Source: an uncultured Gammaproteobacteria bacterium
GTDB lineage: Bacteria > Patescibacteriota > Microgenomatia > Daviesbacterales > UBA10151
Length of the DNA stretch: 64,000 nucleotides
NCBI GenBank assembly: GCA_964500725.1
Contig: CAZCNP010000002.1
Span: 69,347-133,346 of the forward strand
Direction of reading: 5' to 3'
Below are positions 27,973-38,027 of this stretch, in pieces (position 1 is the first letter of the stretch; every line of letters begins with the position of its first letter). The position numbers and the translations under genes are program-made. Under the pieces are notes generated by a model, which was not told the DNA's origin, searched no databases, and worked only from the letters and a program-made list of their open reading frames with translations.

Positions 27973-29594
27973 GAAAAACTATTTTAAGAAAAAAATTGCT
28001 TTTTTTAATTGTGATACTTGGGTTAATACTTCGTATTTTACTCATAGATAGCGCTCCGCCATCATTATACGGAGACGAGCTTACTATTGCTCTAGATGCG
28101 CAATCTTTACTTAAAACAGGGCGTGATCAGTTAGGTAATTTTTTACCGCTTACTTTTTCTATGGGGGCAGGGAGACCAGCGGGGTATGTCTACGGATCCA
28201 TTCCATTTGTAGCATTATTCGGGCCAACCGCCTTAGGAGTCAGAACACTATCAATAATCTCTGGTTTAGCAATTATCATATTACTGTATCTTCTTGGTAG
28301 AAGAGTTCTTGGAGAAAAAACAGGACTTTGTGCAGCTGCCATTGGGGCTATCTCTCCTTGGGATATATCTTTAAGTAGGGGAGGATTTGAAGCCCATCTT
28401 GCCTTATTGTTGGCATTGCTGGGAACTTATCTTTTTTTAAGGGCATCAGAGAAACCTATGTTTTATATATTGTCAGCATTAAGCTTCGGATTGACCCTGC
28501 ACACATATCCTACGTATAAGGTGAGTCTGCTTTTGTTTTTTCCGTTACTGTTTTGGTATCAGGGGGGCAGAAAAATTTTAATGAATGGTAAAAAATATTT
28601 CTTAAGTGGAGTCTTAGTGCTTTTCTTTTTAGGTATTTTATCTTTCAGTCAAACCTTTATTGGCGGGTCAGAAGTCAGATTTTTTAATATAAATATTTTT
28701 TCCCAAAAAGAGTTAAAAAGCTTCATTGAACAAAAAATTAATTTTGAAAGGCAAATATCTAAATTGCCTAAAACTGTTAGAAAATATTTTCATAATAAAC
28801 CGGTCGAATATACAAATGTCTTTATTGACAACTATCTAAAAAACTTTTCACTGGACTTTTTAATATTGCAAGGAGATGGAAATCCCCGCCACAATATGGC
28901 AACTACTGGCCAAATTTATACCGTAGAAATATTTTTGATTATTATTGCAATTTTGACCTTTTGGCAAAAAGAGAAAAGGTTAATATTATTTTTATTGCTT
29001 TGGATTCTTTTAGCGCCAGTTCCCACGGCAATTGTTGATTTGCCACATGCTTTGAGAAGTTCTTTTATGATGCCTCCGTTGATTATACTTTCTGCATTAG
29101 GATTAGTTACAATCCTAAAGTTTCAAAGTAGGATACCACTAGTATTGGTATCTATATTCTTCTTTATTCAGTTTGTATTTTTTATTCAAAAGTTGTATTT
29201 CTTGGCTCCAAACGAATACAGCAACTTTTGGTCGTATCCTGCAAAATTTGCCTCAGAGATTGCACTTGAAAATAGGGAAAAATATGACTTTATAATTCTT
29301 TCTGATAAGATTGAGTCTGTGGAGTTTGCTTACCCTGTTTATTCAAAAACTGATCCAAATTTAATAATTGATCAAAATAAAAATAAGAATATGTTTTTTG
29401 GTTATCGGTTAAAAAAATATGGTAATGTATTTATTGGTAATATTGTAGATACTGGTTTTGAGGAAGCTATTAACAATATTCCAGGTTCTGTTTTATACAT
29501 TGGATCCAAATACGAGGGGAATTCTTTTGTTGATTATGAAATAATTAATGGACTTGATGAACAAGCAGCATTAGTAGTAAAAAAGAAACATTAA
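27969..29594 (+). CDS. ArnT/PMT-family GT-C membrane glycosyltransferase (DE-motif paralog).
   Basis: PPSLYGDELTIALDAQSLLKTGRDQLGNFLP, ISPWDISLSRGGFEAH and LPHALRSSF motifs shared with the genes at 38028, 39695 and 42952. Confidence 0.72.
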   Translation: MRKTILRKKLLFLIVILGLILRILLIDSAPPSLYGDELTIALDAQSLLKTGRDQLGNFLPLTFSMGAGRPAGYVYGSIPFVALFGPTALGVRTLSIISGLAIIILLYLLGRRVLGEKTGLCAAAIGAISPWDISLSRGGFEAHLALLLALLGTYLFLRASEKPMFYILSALSFGLTLHTYPTYKVSLLLFFPLLFWYQGGRKILMNGKKYFLSGVLVLFFLGILSFSQTFIGGSEVRFFNINIFSQKELKSFIEQKINFERQISKLPKTVRKYFHNKPVEYTNVFIDNYLKNFSLDFLILQGDGNPRHNMATTGQIYTVEIFLIIIAILTFWQKEKRLILFLLLWILLAPVPTAIVDLPHALRSSFMMPPLIILSALGLVTILKFQSRIPLVLVSIFFFIQFVFFIQKLYFLAPNEYSNFWSYPAKFASEIALENREKYDFIILSDKIESVEFAYPVYSKTDPNLIIDQNKNKNMFFGYRLKKYGNVFIGNIVDTGFEEAINNIPGSVLYIGSKYEGNSFVDYEIINGLDEQAALVVKKKH

Positions 29595-29597
29595 GAT

Positions 29598-30497
29598 ATG
29601 CAAAACAAAATATCAGTTGTAATAAATGCATTAAATGAAGAGAAAAATATAGCAAAAGCTATAACCTCAGTTGGTTGGGCAAACGAGATTATAGTCTGTG
29701 ATATGCATTCTGGGGATGGTACTGTTGAGACAGCAAAAAAACTTGGAGCAAAAGTCGTCTATCATAAAAAAGAAGAATATGTAGAGCGCGCCCGTAATTT
29801 TGCTATCTCTAAAGCTTCAAATGATTGGGTTTTAATCCTTGACCCTGATGAGCAAATTCCAGAGAGTTTGGCAAAAAGGTTGCAAGAGATTGCTGCAGGC
29901 ATGGAGAGGATAAATTATGTTAGATTGCCTAGAAAGAATATAATTTTTAATTATTATATGCAGTCTGCGATGTGGTGGCCAGATTACAATATAAGATTTT
30001 TTAGAAAAGGTCAGGTAAAGTGGACTAATAAAATTCACAAAGATCCTGAAGTATTTGGGGAAGGGATAGATTTATCGGAAGATGAAAAATGGGCGATTAT
30101 TCATAACCACTATAACTCTTTGATGCAGTTTCTTGAGCGTATGATCAGATACACTAAAATACAGGCAGAGGAACTAGTCCAGGATGGTTATAAGTTTGAC
30201 TGGAAAGACTTAATTAAAAAACCATTAGGGGAATTTTTAAGTAGGTTTTTTGCCAACCGCGGCTTTAGAGATGGTTTGCATGGTTTAGCGCTAAGCTTGC
30301 TTCAATCATTCTCATTTTTAATTGTATATCTCCGAGTTTGGGAAATAGAAAGGTTTCCATCCCAGCAGGTAAATCTTTCAGAGCTTAAGCAAGTAAGTAA
30401 TCAATCTGCGGTTGAAATTAAATATTGGTTTAACTATGCAAATTTATCGAAAAATTCATTCAAGAGGTTTTTTCAAAAAATAAAAAACAAAATCTAA
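29598..30497 (+). CDS. GT2 glycosyltransferase (WaaE/KdtX-like architecture).
   Basis: ISVVINALNEEKNI, EIIVCDMHSGDGT, LDPDEQ (DxD). C-terminal conserved helix GLHGLALSLLQSFSFLIVYLRVWE. Confidence 0.8.
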   Translation: MQNKISVVINALNEEKNIAKAITSVGWANEIIVCDMHSGDGTVETAKKLGAKVVYHKKEEYVERARNFAISKASNDWVLILDPDEQIPESLAKRLQEIAAGMERINYVRLPRKNIIFNYYMQSAMWWPDYNIRFFRKGQVKWTNKIHKDPEVFGEGIDLSEDEKWAIIHNHYNSLMQFLERMIRYTKIQAEELVQDGYKFDWKDLIKKPLGEFLSRFFANRGFRDGLHGLALSLLQSFSFLIVYLRVWEIERFPSQQVNLSELKQVSNQSAVEIKYWFNYANLSKNSFKRFFQKIKNKI

Positions 30498-31298
30498 ATG
30501 CTTAGTGTAATTATTATTAGTAAAAATGAGGAAAGTAGGATTAAAGCCTGTTTGGAATCTGTTAGTTGGGCTGATGAGATTATTGTTGTAGATAATGGGT
30601 CTTTCGATCAAACTTTAGATATTGCAAAAAAATATACCAATAAAATTTTTGAGAGGAGTTTTGATAATTTTGCATCGTGGCGTAATTTCGCTACTGAGAA
30701 GGCGTCGGGTGATTGGTTACTATTTGTAGATCCAGATGAGAGGGTGGTTGATTCTTTGCGAGTTGAGATAGAAGCTATGGTAAGCTTTTCCGATTTTGCC
30801 GCATATGCAATTTCACGAAAAAACATTATTTTTGGGAAGGAAGTTAAATACGGTCCTTTTTGGCCAGATTGGGTAATAAGGTTGATAAAAAAGAGCAGCT
30901 TTGAAGGGTGGGTTGGCAGTGTGCATGAATATCCCAAATTTAATGGCAAGCTGGGGTACAGCAAGAATTCATTGCTTCATCTGACACATCGAAATATTGA
31001 TCAAATTACTCTTAAGAGTTTAGAGTGGTCCAAAATTGATGCAAAGCTTAGATTGGAAATGAACCATCCCAGGATGTCTGGCTGGAGATTTATTAGGATA
31101 TTACTTACTGAAACTTTTAAACAAGGGATTTTAAGGAAGGGTTTTTTTAATGGGGCTATCGGTACGATGGATTCGCTTTTACAGGTTTTCAGCTTGATGA
31201 TAACCTATATTAGGTTATGGGAGATGCAGCAACCGAAGTCATTAAAGGAGAAATATGATCAGTTGGACCAGGATTTAATTAATAATAATTTTAAATAA
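30498..31298 (+). CDS. GT2 glycosyltransferase, paralog of the gene at 29598.
   Basis: LSVIIISKNEESRI, EIIVVDNGSFDQT, VDPDER. C-terminal AIGTMDSLLQVFSLMITYIRLWE. Confidence 0.8.
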   Translation: MLSVIIISKNEESRIKACLESVSWADEIIVVDNGSFDQTLDIAKKYTNKIFERSFDNFASWRNFATEKASGDWLLFVDPDERVVDSLRVEIEAMVSFSDFAAYAISRKNIIFGKEVKYGPFWPDWVIRLIKKSSFEGWVGSVHEYPKFNGKLGYSKNSLLHLTHRNIDQITLKSLEWSKIDAKLRLEMNHPRMSGWRFIRILLTETFKQGILRKGFFNGAIGTMDSLLQVFSLMITYIRLWEMQQPKSLKEKYDQLDQDLINNNFK

Positions 31299-32375
31299 GT
31301 GAAAATTGCAATTTACTCTCCATACCTTGATACCTTCGGCGGCGGGGAAAAATACATGATGACTATTGCTGAGGTGTTATCTTCTGGTAATAGTGTTGAT
31401 GTATTCTTAGATAAGCATCTTGAAGCTGTAGGTGGGGAGAGATTAAAAGATGAATTATCAAAACGGTTTAATTTAAACCTTCAAACGGTAAGGTTTATTA
31501 AAGCTCCTGTTGGAAAGAATTCCTCACATGTTTTGCGAATGATTTATTTAAAAAAATACGGCGCGCTTTTTTATTTAACTGATGGAAGTATTTTCTATCC
31601 AACAGCCAGGAAAAATTTTTTGCATATACAATCTCCTCTTGTGGGTCAGCCAGCAAAAAGTCTGTGGGGAAAGATTAAGCTTACAGGTTGGGATTTGGCT
31701 ATTTATAATTCTTTGTTTACACAACAGTTTTCCAGGGAGAATTGGAAGATTAAATCAAGGGTTATATACCCTCCTGTTGGTACAGATTGCATTAAACCAT
31801 TAATAAAGAAAAAATATATCCTTTCAGTGGGGCGTTTTTTTGGATATTTGAAAGACAAAAAGCACAAAGAATTAATTAATGCCTTCAAAAGTTTGTGTAA
31901 AGATAGAAAAGCACAAGATTGGAGTTTGCATTTAGTAGGGTCTGCTGGGGAAGGTGATCAAGATTATATAACTCATTTAAAGAATCTTGCCAAAGATATA
32001 CCTGTAAACTTTTATCCAAATTTAGGTTATGATGAATTAATTAAACTTTATGGGCAATCTTCAATTTATTGGCATGCAGCGGGATTTGAAGAAGTTGATC
32101 CAACTAAGATGGAGCACTTTGGCATTGCAACAGTCGAAGCTATGGCAGGAGGCTGTGTTCCTGTGGTAATAGGCAAGGGCGGACAGAAAGAAATCGTTGA
32201 GCATGAAAAAACCGGCTTTCTGTGGGATGATCTGGATCAACTGCAAAAGTTTACTATAAAATTAATTACAGATGAGAGTCTTTGGACACGGATGTCAAAT
32301 GAGGCTCTAAGCAGATCAAAGGATTTTAATAGGAAAAGGTTTCAGGAGGAAATTTTAAGTTTAATACAGAAATGA
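31299..32375 (+). CDS. GT4 (GT-B fold) glycosyltransferase.
   Basis: GTG start directly after the upstream TAA. C-terminal EHFGIATVEAMAGGCVPVV...EIVEHEKTGFL (E-x7-E retaining GT4 motif). Confidence 0.8.
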   Translation: MKIAIYSPYLDTFGGGEKYMMTIAEVLSSGNSVDVFLDKHLEAVGGERLKDELSKRFNLNLQTVRFIKAPVGKNSSHVLRMIYLKKYGALFYLTDGSIFYPTARKNFLHIQSPLVGQPAKSLWGKIKLTGWDLAIYNSLFTQQFSRENWKIKSRVIYPPVGTDCIKPLIKKKYILSVGRFFGYLKDKKHKELINAFKSLCKDRKAQDWSLHLVGSAGEGDQDYITHLKNLAKDIPVNFYPNLGYDELIKLYGQSSIYWHAAGFEEVDPTKMEHFGIATVEAMAGGCVPVVIGKGGQKEIVEHEKTGFLWDDLDQLQKFTIKLITDESLWTRMSNEALSRSKDFNRKRFQEEILSLIQK

Positions 32376-33487
32376 AAAAAGTATGGGTTATCTTAATAAT
32401 AGGAGTTTTGATAAGGATTTTATTATCTTATGCTACTTTTCATCCTGATATTGAAGCCATAAGGCAAGGGGGACAGGTTTTTTCAGAGGGACATATTTTA
32501 AATTTATATGACTATAGTTCTGATGCAAATATTCTAAATTATCCCCCTTTAATATACTGGTTTTTTGGAATATTTAATTTAATCTTCGGAAGCACCATAT
32601 GGCTATATAAGTTACCATATTTAGTTTTTGATTTATTATTAGGTTATTTAATCTACAAACTGGTATCTCCAAATAAAGCAATATTTGCCTTTGGGCTTTG
32701 GATATTTAACCCTATTAATTTGTATGCAACTTATATGATGGGTCAGTTTGATATTATTCCTACCTTTTTTTCCTTTCTTTCAATATATTTAGCCTTTAAG
32801 GGCAAACTAAATTGGGCAGCGCTTGCTTTGGGGGGTGGTATTGCTTTTAAGCTATATCCAATATTTTTGATTGTTCCGCTGATGTTGCTGGGGAAAGGGA
32901 TTGGAGCAAAGGTAAAGCTACTAATTCTTTCTGTCTTACCATATATTATTTCAATTCTGCCATATCTTCCCTCGCCAAGCTTTAGGTCAACAGCATTGTT
33001 GGCAAATCAAAGTTCAAAAAGCCTTTATGCTAGTATTCCTGTATCAGGCGGGGAGTCTATAATTTTATTTCCAGCTTTTTTATTACTCTTTTATCTTTTG
33101 ATACATAATTTTAGAATAAAGTTAGAAGCATGGAAATTATATTTAATCCCTCTTCTATTATTTTTTATCTTTACCCATTATCATCCTCAATGGTTAATTT
33201 GGATAACACCATTTTTGGTTTTAGATCTGGCAGTAAATAAATTTAAAAATATCTTGCTAGTTTTAATAATCTTTGGGAGCTGGTTTGGATCGTTGTTTTT
33301 CTTTGATCCATCACTCACGATTGGACTCTTTAGCCCTCTTTTTCCCATATTAAAAGATACTGCAGATATATGGGCATTGCTGCATTTAAATTTAGAATAT
33401 AATTTATCAAGAAGTATATTGCAAACAATTTTTGCTTCTAGTTCAATCTATTTAATCTTCAATTACCTATTTAATAAAGATGCTTAA
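32372..33487 (+). CDS. Polytopic membrane protein, putative GT-C mannosyltransferase-like (DUF2029/GT87- or PIG-M-like).
   Basis: 371 aa, about 10 TM helices. First-loop acidic residues (HPDIEAIRQGG). ATGA overlap with the upstream GT4 gene. Family assignment uncertain. Confidence 0.45.
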   Translation: MKKVWVILIIGVLIRILLSYATFHPDIEAIRQGGQVFSEGHILNLYDYSSDANILNYPPLIYWFFGIFNLIFGSTIWLYKLPYLVFDLLLGYLIYKLVSPNKAIFAFGLWIFNPINLYATYMMGQFDIIPTFFSFLSIYLAFKGKLNWAALALGGGIAFKLYPIFLIVPLMLLGKGIGAKVKLLILSVLPYIISILPYLPSPSFRSTALLANQSSKSLYASIPVSGGESIILFPAFLLLFYLLIHNFRIKLEAWKLYLIPLLLFFIFTHYHPQWLIWITPFLVLDLAVNKFKNILLVLIIFGSWFGSLFFFDPSLTIGLFSPLFPILKDTADIWALLHLNLEYNLSRSILQTIFASSSIYLIFNYLFNKDA

Positions 33488-34949
33488 AAGTGTAAGTTTG
33501 CTTCTAATTTTTAGCTTAATAACATTTTTTTTATTTACTTATAGAATTACAGATGTTCCACCAGGAATTAATGGTGATGAAGCAGCAATTGGCACAAGCG
33601 CGGCATTAATTTCAAAAACGGGATACGACGCACAGCAACAGTTTTTACCTTTATTTACAAATACGATAAATTCTCCGGATTGGAAACAGCCGGTTACTGT
33701 ATATGCTACAGCTTTAGTTTTTAAAATATTTGGAGTTTCATATTTTGCATTGCGGGCCACCAGTGTAATTTTTGTTGTTCTAAGTTTGTTGTTTATCTAT
33801 TTGCTAGTTAAGGAGATAGCAGATACAAAGGTAGCAATAGCAGCTGCTTTCCTTTTTTTAACAACGCCTATTGTAATGATCCAATCACATTTAGCTATAG
33901 AAAATATTGCCCCAGTGCCATTTGTATCTGCTTGGTTATTAATGCTTATCAAATTTACCAAGAAGCAAAATTACAAATTATTAATGCTAGCTGGAGCATT
34001 TTTGGGAATAAGTTTATTTTCTTATTTAGGAATGAGAGTGATTGCTCCAGTGTTTTTTGTGCTTACACTTGTATATGTTTATTATTTAAATAGGGTAACA
34101 AAAGGTCAATATTTAAACACTATTAAATGGTTTTTAGTGGGGTTTGTGCCTTTCATTCTAGTATTATTGCTTTCCAAGTTTAATTATACGGGAGTTTTAT
34201 TAGGGCAATATAGACTATATAAAATTGAAGATTATCAAACATTAATTTTGCCATATTTATCAACTTTTGACCCATCTTTCCTATTCTTAAGGGGTGATTC
34301 AACTCCTTATCACTCAACTGGTAAACAAGGTATGTTTTTGCTTGCAAGTTTACCTATGTTTATTCTGGGGCTGGTAAATATAATAAAAACTAAGAAACCT
34401 ATTCTAATTTTAATACTGATGTCCTTCTTTTTAGCCCCTTTGCTTTTTGGACTAGGTTCTACTATTTATAGAGCAAGCAGACTGCTAGCGATGATTCCAT
34501 TTTATATTGTGATTGCAAGTGTAGGTATACAGCAGATACTTGCAGTTAGGCAGCAACAGGTGCGTAAAGGAATATTGGTAATAGTTACATTACTAATAAG
34601 CTTAAATTTTGTTGATTTTTTGAATGATTATTGGTATCAATATCCTCAAAGGGTAAAAGCAGACTTTGCAAAACCAATACACGATGTTTATAAGGGGTTA
34701 GCAACTACTGCAAAGGAAAAAAACTTAACTCCCTATGCAGAGTATTACCTTTTTAAACAATATCCAGATGCTGAAACTTTCTTTAAATGGATATATTTCC
34801 CCCAGGGCTTATCTGAGTGGTATAGAGAAAAAGAGATCCCTCCACAAAGTATAATTTTGACGGATTTAAGTAATTTTAAGTCCAAAGAAAAAATTAGCAC
34901 TATTAAGGTAGAAGAACTGGATTATTATTTCATAATTCGAACAAAGTGA
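33480..34949 (+). CDS. ArnT/PMT-family GT-C membrane glycosyltransferase (DE-motif paralog).
   Basis: PPGINGDEAAIGTSAALISKTGYDAQQQFLP in the first external loop. 489 aa with about 11 TM helices. Confidence 0.7.
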   Translation: MLKSVSLLLIFSLITFFLFTYRITDVPPGINGDEAAIGTSAALISKTGYDAQQQFLPLFTNTINSPDWKQPVTVYATALVFKIFGVSYFALRATSVIFVVLSLLFIYLLVKEIADTKVAIAAAFLFLTTPIVMIQSHLAIENIAPVPFVSAWLLMLIKFTKKQNYKLLMLAGAFLGISLFSYLGMRVIAPVFFVLTLVYVYYLNRVTKGQYLNTIKWFLVGFVPFILVLLLSKFNYTGVLLGQYRLYKIEDYQTLILPYLSTFDPSFLFLRGDSTPYHSTGKQGMFLLASLPMFILGLVNIIKTKKPILILILMSFFLAPLLFGLGSTIYRASRLLAMIPFYIVIASVGIQQILAVRQQQVRKGILVIVTLLISLNFVDFLNDYWYQYPQRVKADFAKPIHDVYKGLATTAKEKNLTPYAEYYLFKQYPDAETFFKWIYFPQGLSEWYREKEIPPQSIILTDLSNFKSKEKISTIKVEELDYYFIIRTK

Positions 34950-34962
34950 GAATTATAATTTT

Positions 34963-36588
34963 TTAAAATATTTGTTTACATGTCGGTTTAGGATTTGTGC
35001 TATAACCCCGTAATACTACTTTATTATCTGGGCCCTTAACTTCAAATAATAAAGTTAAGTTATGATCTTTACTTTGCTTTTCAGAGATTGATAAAGCATC
35101 TCCTACCAGAATTGTATTTTTGGAGCATAAATCCACTTCCCATATAAAAGGTCTGACAGTTATATTATCCATTTTATAAATTTCTTGGACTGCAACTTCT
35201 GAGCTGTAGTAATTTGTTGTTAGCTGAGGACGCAGGGTTTTTGCTAATTTATTGGCATCAAACCTTCTTAAATAAGCAATTCGAAGTCCTATACCTGAAT
35301 CACGTTGCGAGTCTACAACAATTTTTTTGTCCTTATAGGGTTTTAGATAATTGTTAAGGTCAGTATAGGTTTTTCCAAAGTACTCATTAGATTCATATTT
35401 AAAAAGGACAGCATGAGATACATAAAAAGCAATTATAGAATATACTATTAAGAAGCCCAAGAGAGTGAAGCCGATTAACCTATTATTGATAGAAGTAAAA
35501 ATAACATAAATCCCTAAAGCGACAATAACAGATATAAGCCATAAAAATTCTAAGATTCTCAAAGGATAAAAAAGGTCTCCGGTTAAAGAAGTAGAAACTA
35601 AGGATAGAGGGACAAGAAGAATTATTATTTTAGAAGAATAATTTCTGATATCTTTTAAAAGATAAACTAGACCTACCAAAAATGGTATAAATAACCAGCT
35701 GTAAAATACTCCTAAATCTGGAGATGTTCTCCCTAAAGCGCTTCCCATATCGGCAAAAAGATTTCGGGGGGAAATATAATCTAAAAAATGCTTAATAAAT
35801 TCTGTGGTTAAATAAATAATTCTAGGTAAATCTCCTGGATCATTGTTAAAATAGCTCACTTGAGCAAACCTTCTGGCATAGGCTCCAGTTGTTAATATCC
35901 ATAAATGAGGAATTTGTGTTATTCCAAAAACTATAAAACCCAGTAATATAGCTAATTTATGTTTTAAATAAACCTTCCAAAATAAAAATAAAAATAAAGG
36001 AATAAAAAGTATAATGAGTATTCTTTCGCTATAGTAAGCTTGTGTAGCAAGGCCTAGCACAAGTAATGAGATAGGAAAGAGTCTAGGGTGCTTTAGCGAT
36101 CGTACAATTAAATACAATCCCCCTAAAAAAGTGGCTAGTCCTAAATTACTTTCTACCACTCGCCGGCTAAATTGTATAGCCCAAGGAGAGATGCTAACCA
36201 CTAAAGCAGCAATTATCCCTAGGGTATATCTGAACTTTTTTTCTATCAACTCTACTACAATAAGATAAGTAAGTATTACTATTACAACTCCAGAAAAAGC
36301 TGAAAGAAATCTTGCAGAATAAACAGTATTACCCAGAATTATAACAGGTATGATAGAAAGATAGGTGTAAATTGGTGGCTGATAGGAGCCAAAGGCCCGA
36401 AATAATATTGGAAAATATTCCCCATATCTGTCGTGTCCAGTTGTACCTAAAGAGAAAGCATTATATGCTTGCGAAACTTCATCTTGATGAAAACCCATTG
36501 GGATACTATCTAATCTATAGAACCTTAGTAAAATAGCTAAAACTATTACTAAGAATAAAGGTAGATATATTTTTTTAAACTTTGACAT
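34963..36588 (-). CDS. ArnT/PMT-family GT-C membrane glycosyltransferase (DE-motif paralog).
   Basis: IPMGFHQDEVSQAYNAFSLGTTGHDRYGEYFP, ISPWAIQFSRR. Convergent with the upstream + gene, separated by only 13 bp. Confidence 0.72.
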   Translation of the reverse strand: MSKFKKIYLPLFLVIVLAILLRFYRLDSIPMGFHQDEVSQAYNAFSLGTTGHDRYGEYFPILFRAFGSYQPPIYTYLSIIPVIILGNTVYSARFLSAFSGVVIVILTYLIVVELIEKKFRYTLGIIAALVVSISPWAIQFSRRVVESNLGLATFLGGLYLIVRSLKHPRLFPISLLVLGLATQAYYSERILIILFIPLFLFLFWKVYLKHKLAILLGFIVFGITQIPHLWILTTGAYARRFAQVSYFNNDPGDLPRIIYLTTEFIKHFLDYISPRNLFADMGSALGRTSPDLGVFYSWLFIPFLVGLVYLLKDIRNYSSKIIILLVPLSLVSTSLTGDLFYPLRILEFLWLISVIVALGIYVIFTSINNRLIGFTLLGFLIVYSIIAFYVSHAVLFKYESNEYFGKTYTDLNNYLKPYKDKKIVVDSQRDSGIGLRIAYLRRFDANKLAKTLRPQLTTNYYSSEVAVQEIYKMDNITVRPFIWEVDLCSKNTILVGDALSISEKQSKDHNLTLLFEVKGPDNKVVLRGYSTNPKPTCKQIF

Positions 36589-37990
36589 ATTTTAGTGCCC
36601 TTAAAATTTGTATCAACCCTAGATAAATAGCTAGATTAACAAAGGGAACGTATAATAAATATCCATACGTTCCTGTTGCGGATAAGAATCCTCCTGCTAT
36701 AAACACAGACAATAGATAAATAACTAATAATTTAGTAATTTTTTTTGATAGATTATATAGTCCTAATATAAATAGTGGAAGGAAAAATAGAGAAATTACA
36801 TTTCTGGTATTAAAAAACAAATTAAAATCCAAATGGGAAAATAGATTATAATTATATTTTATAATAATAGGTCGAAAGAAGCTTGCATATCCAATACCTA
36901 TTTTATTTTTATAAAATCTTCCGAACTCACTGGCAAAATATTCATGTCTTGAAGCTAATTTGTCTGCTTCGAAAGTAGTTAAATGAAATAGATCACGATC
37001 AAAACTATTTAGCAAGGAGATCAGTAGTAAGGCGCTTAATAGAGTGAAGAAGAGCAGTTTGGTAATAATATTATTTCTAATATAACTAAAATAAAGTAGG
37101 ATACTTACCGCAAAAAGAACAAACGTGAAGATTAAGTTAGACTGGAACATTTTATGCAAACTTATATTTATTAACGAGATGGTTGAAATAGCTAGAAGAT
37201 GGTATTTTATTTTAGATACGCTTTGGTCTGTATTAATAAATTGATCATCCTTTATAATGCCAAGATTGTGAAGATATAGTTTTATTATTACCCAAAAGCC
37301 ATCCAAGATAAATTTGGTGCCTTTTAGGAATTTAATGGAAGAAGCCTTTTGATGATACCTTGTGGGAATTGCAATCTCTCCAACAGAAAATCCATGATTT
37401 AACGCAGAGATAGTCATTTCTTGATCAAAAACAAAGTCATTTGAAAATTGATCAAACGGAATTGTTTTAAGAAGAGTACTAGAATATGCACGAAATCCAG
37501 AAAAATGTTCTGTAAAATTTACTCCCAGTAGAACGTTTTGGATTAAGCATACAATTCGATTTACATAATACTTGAGTGGAGGCATGCCGCCTGCTAAAGC
37601 CCCATTTTTGTTAGCAATACGGCTCCCAAACATAAAATCATACCTACCTCTTGCAATTGGATTTATTAAATCCTCTATCATTGATGCATCATATTGATAA
37701 TCGGGATGAAGCATGACAACAATGTCCGGTTTTAATTTTAAAGCTTCCTTATAACATGTTTTTTGATTTGCCCCATAACCTAAATTATTGATATGTTCAA
37801 ATACTTTAATGCCGAGTTTTCTTGCAACTTTAATGGTCTGGTCGCTGCTGCCGTCATCAACCAAAATAATATATTTTTTAAGGTGTTTAGGGATTTCATG
37901 ATAGGTATCGTAAACAGTTTTTGCTGCATTAAAAGCAGGCATTACTATTACAATTTTAGGGGTTTTCCTATGTAAAATAGCGCTTGGCAT
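36575..37990 (-). CDS. GT2 DPM1-like glycosyltransferase with a C-terminal polytopic membrane extension of about 230 aa.
   Basis: IVIVMPAFNAAKTV, ILVDDGSSDQT, MLHPDYQYD (DxD-like). Residues about 240-471 are hydrophobic TM segments. Confidence 0.78.
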   Translation of the reverse strand: MPSAILHRKTPKIVIVMPAFNAAKTVYDTYHEIPKHLKKYIILVDDGSSDQTIKVARKLGIKVFEHINNLGYGANQKTCYKEALKLKPDIVVMLHPDYQYDASMIEDLINPIARGRYDFMFGSRIANKNGALAGGMPPLKYYVNRIVCLIQNVLLGVNFTEHFSGFRAYSSTLLKTIPFDQFSNDFVFDQEMTISALNHGFSVGEIAIPTRYHQKASSIKFLKGTKFILDGFWVIIKLYLHNLGIIKDDQFINTDQSVSKIKYHLLAISTISLINISLHKMFQSNLIFTFVLFAVSILLYFSYIRNNIITKLLFFTLLSALLLISLLNSFDRDLFHLTTFEADKLASRHEYFASEFGRFYKNKIGIGYASFFRPIIIKYNYNLFSHLDFNLFFNTRNVISLFFLPLFILGLYNLSKKITKLLVIYLLSVFIAGGFLSATGTYGYLLYVPFVNLAIYLGLIQILRALKYVKV

Positions 37991-38027
37991 ACGATATATA
38001 TTTGTAGGATAATTGATTTAGAATAAT
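37991..38027. promoter_or_regulatory. Putative divergent promoter region (37 bp) between the GT2 gene on - and the GT-C gene on +.
   Basis: Contains TAGGATAAT / TAGAATAAT -10-like elements. Very compact. Confidence 0.25.

Noticed and set aside
32372-33487. Possible WecA/MraY-like priming phosphoglycosyltransferase.
   Set aside because: No DDxxD / MraY-type cytoplasmic loop motifs. The helix pattern and first-loop acidic residues fit a GT-C-like protein better.
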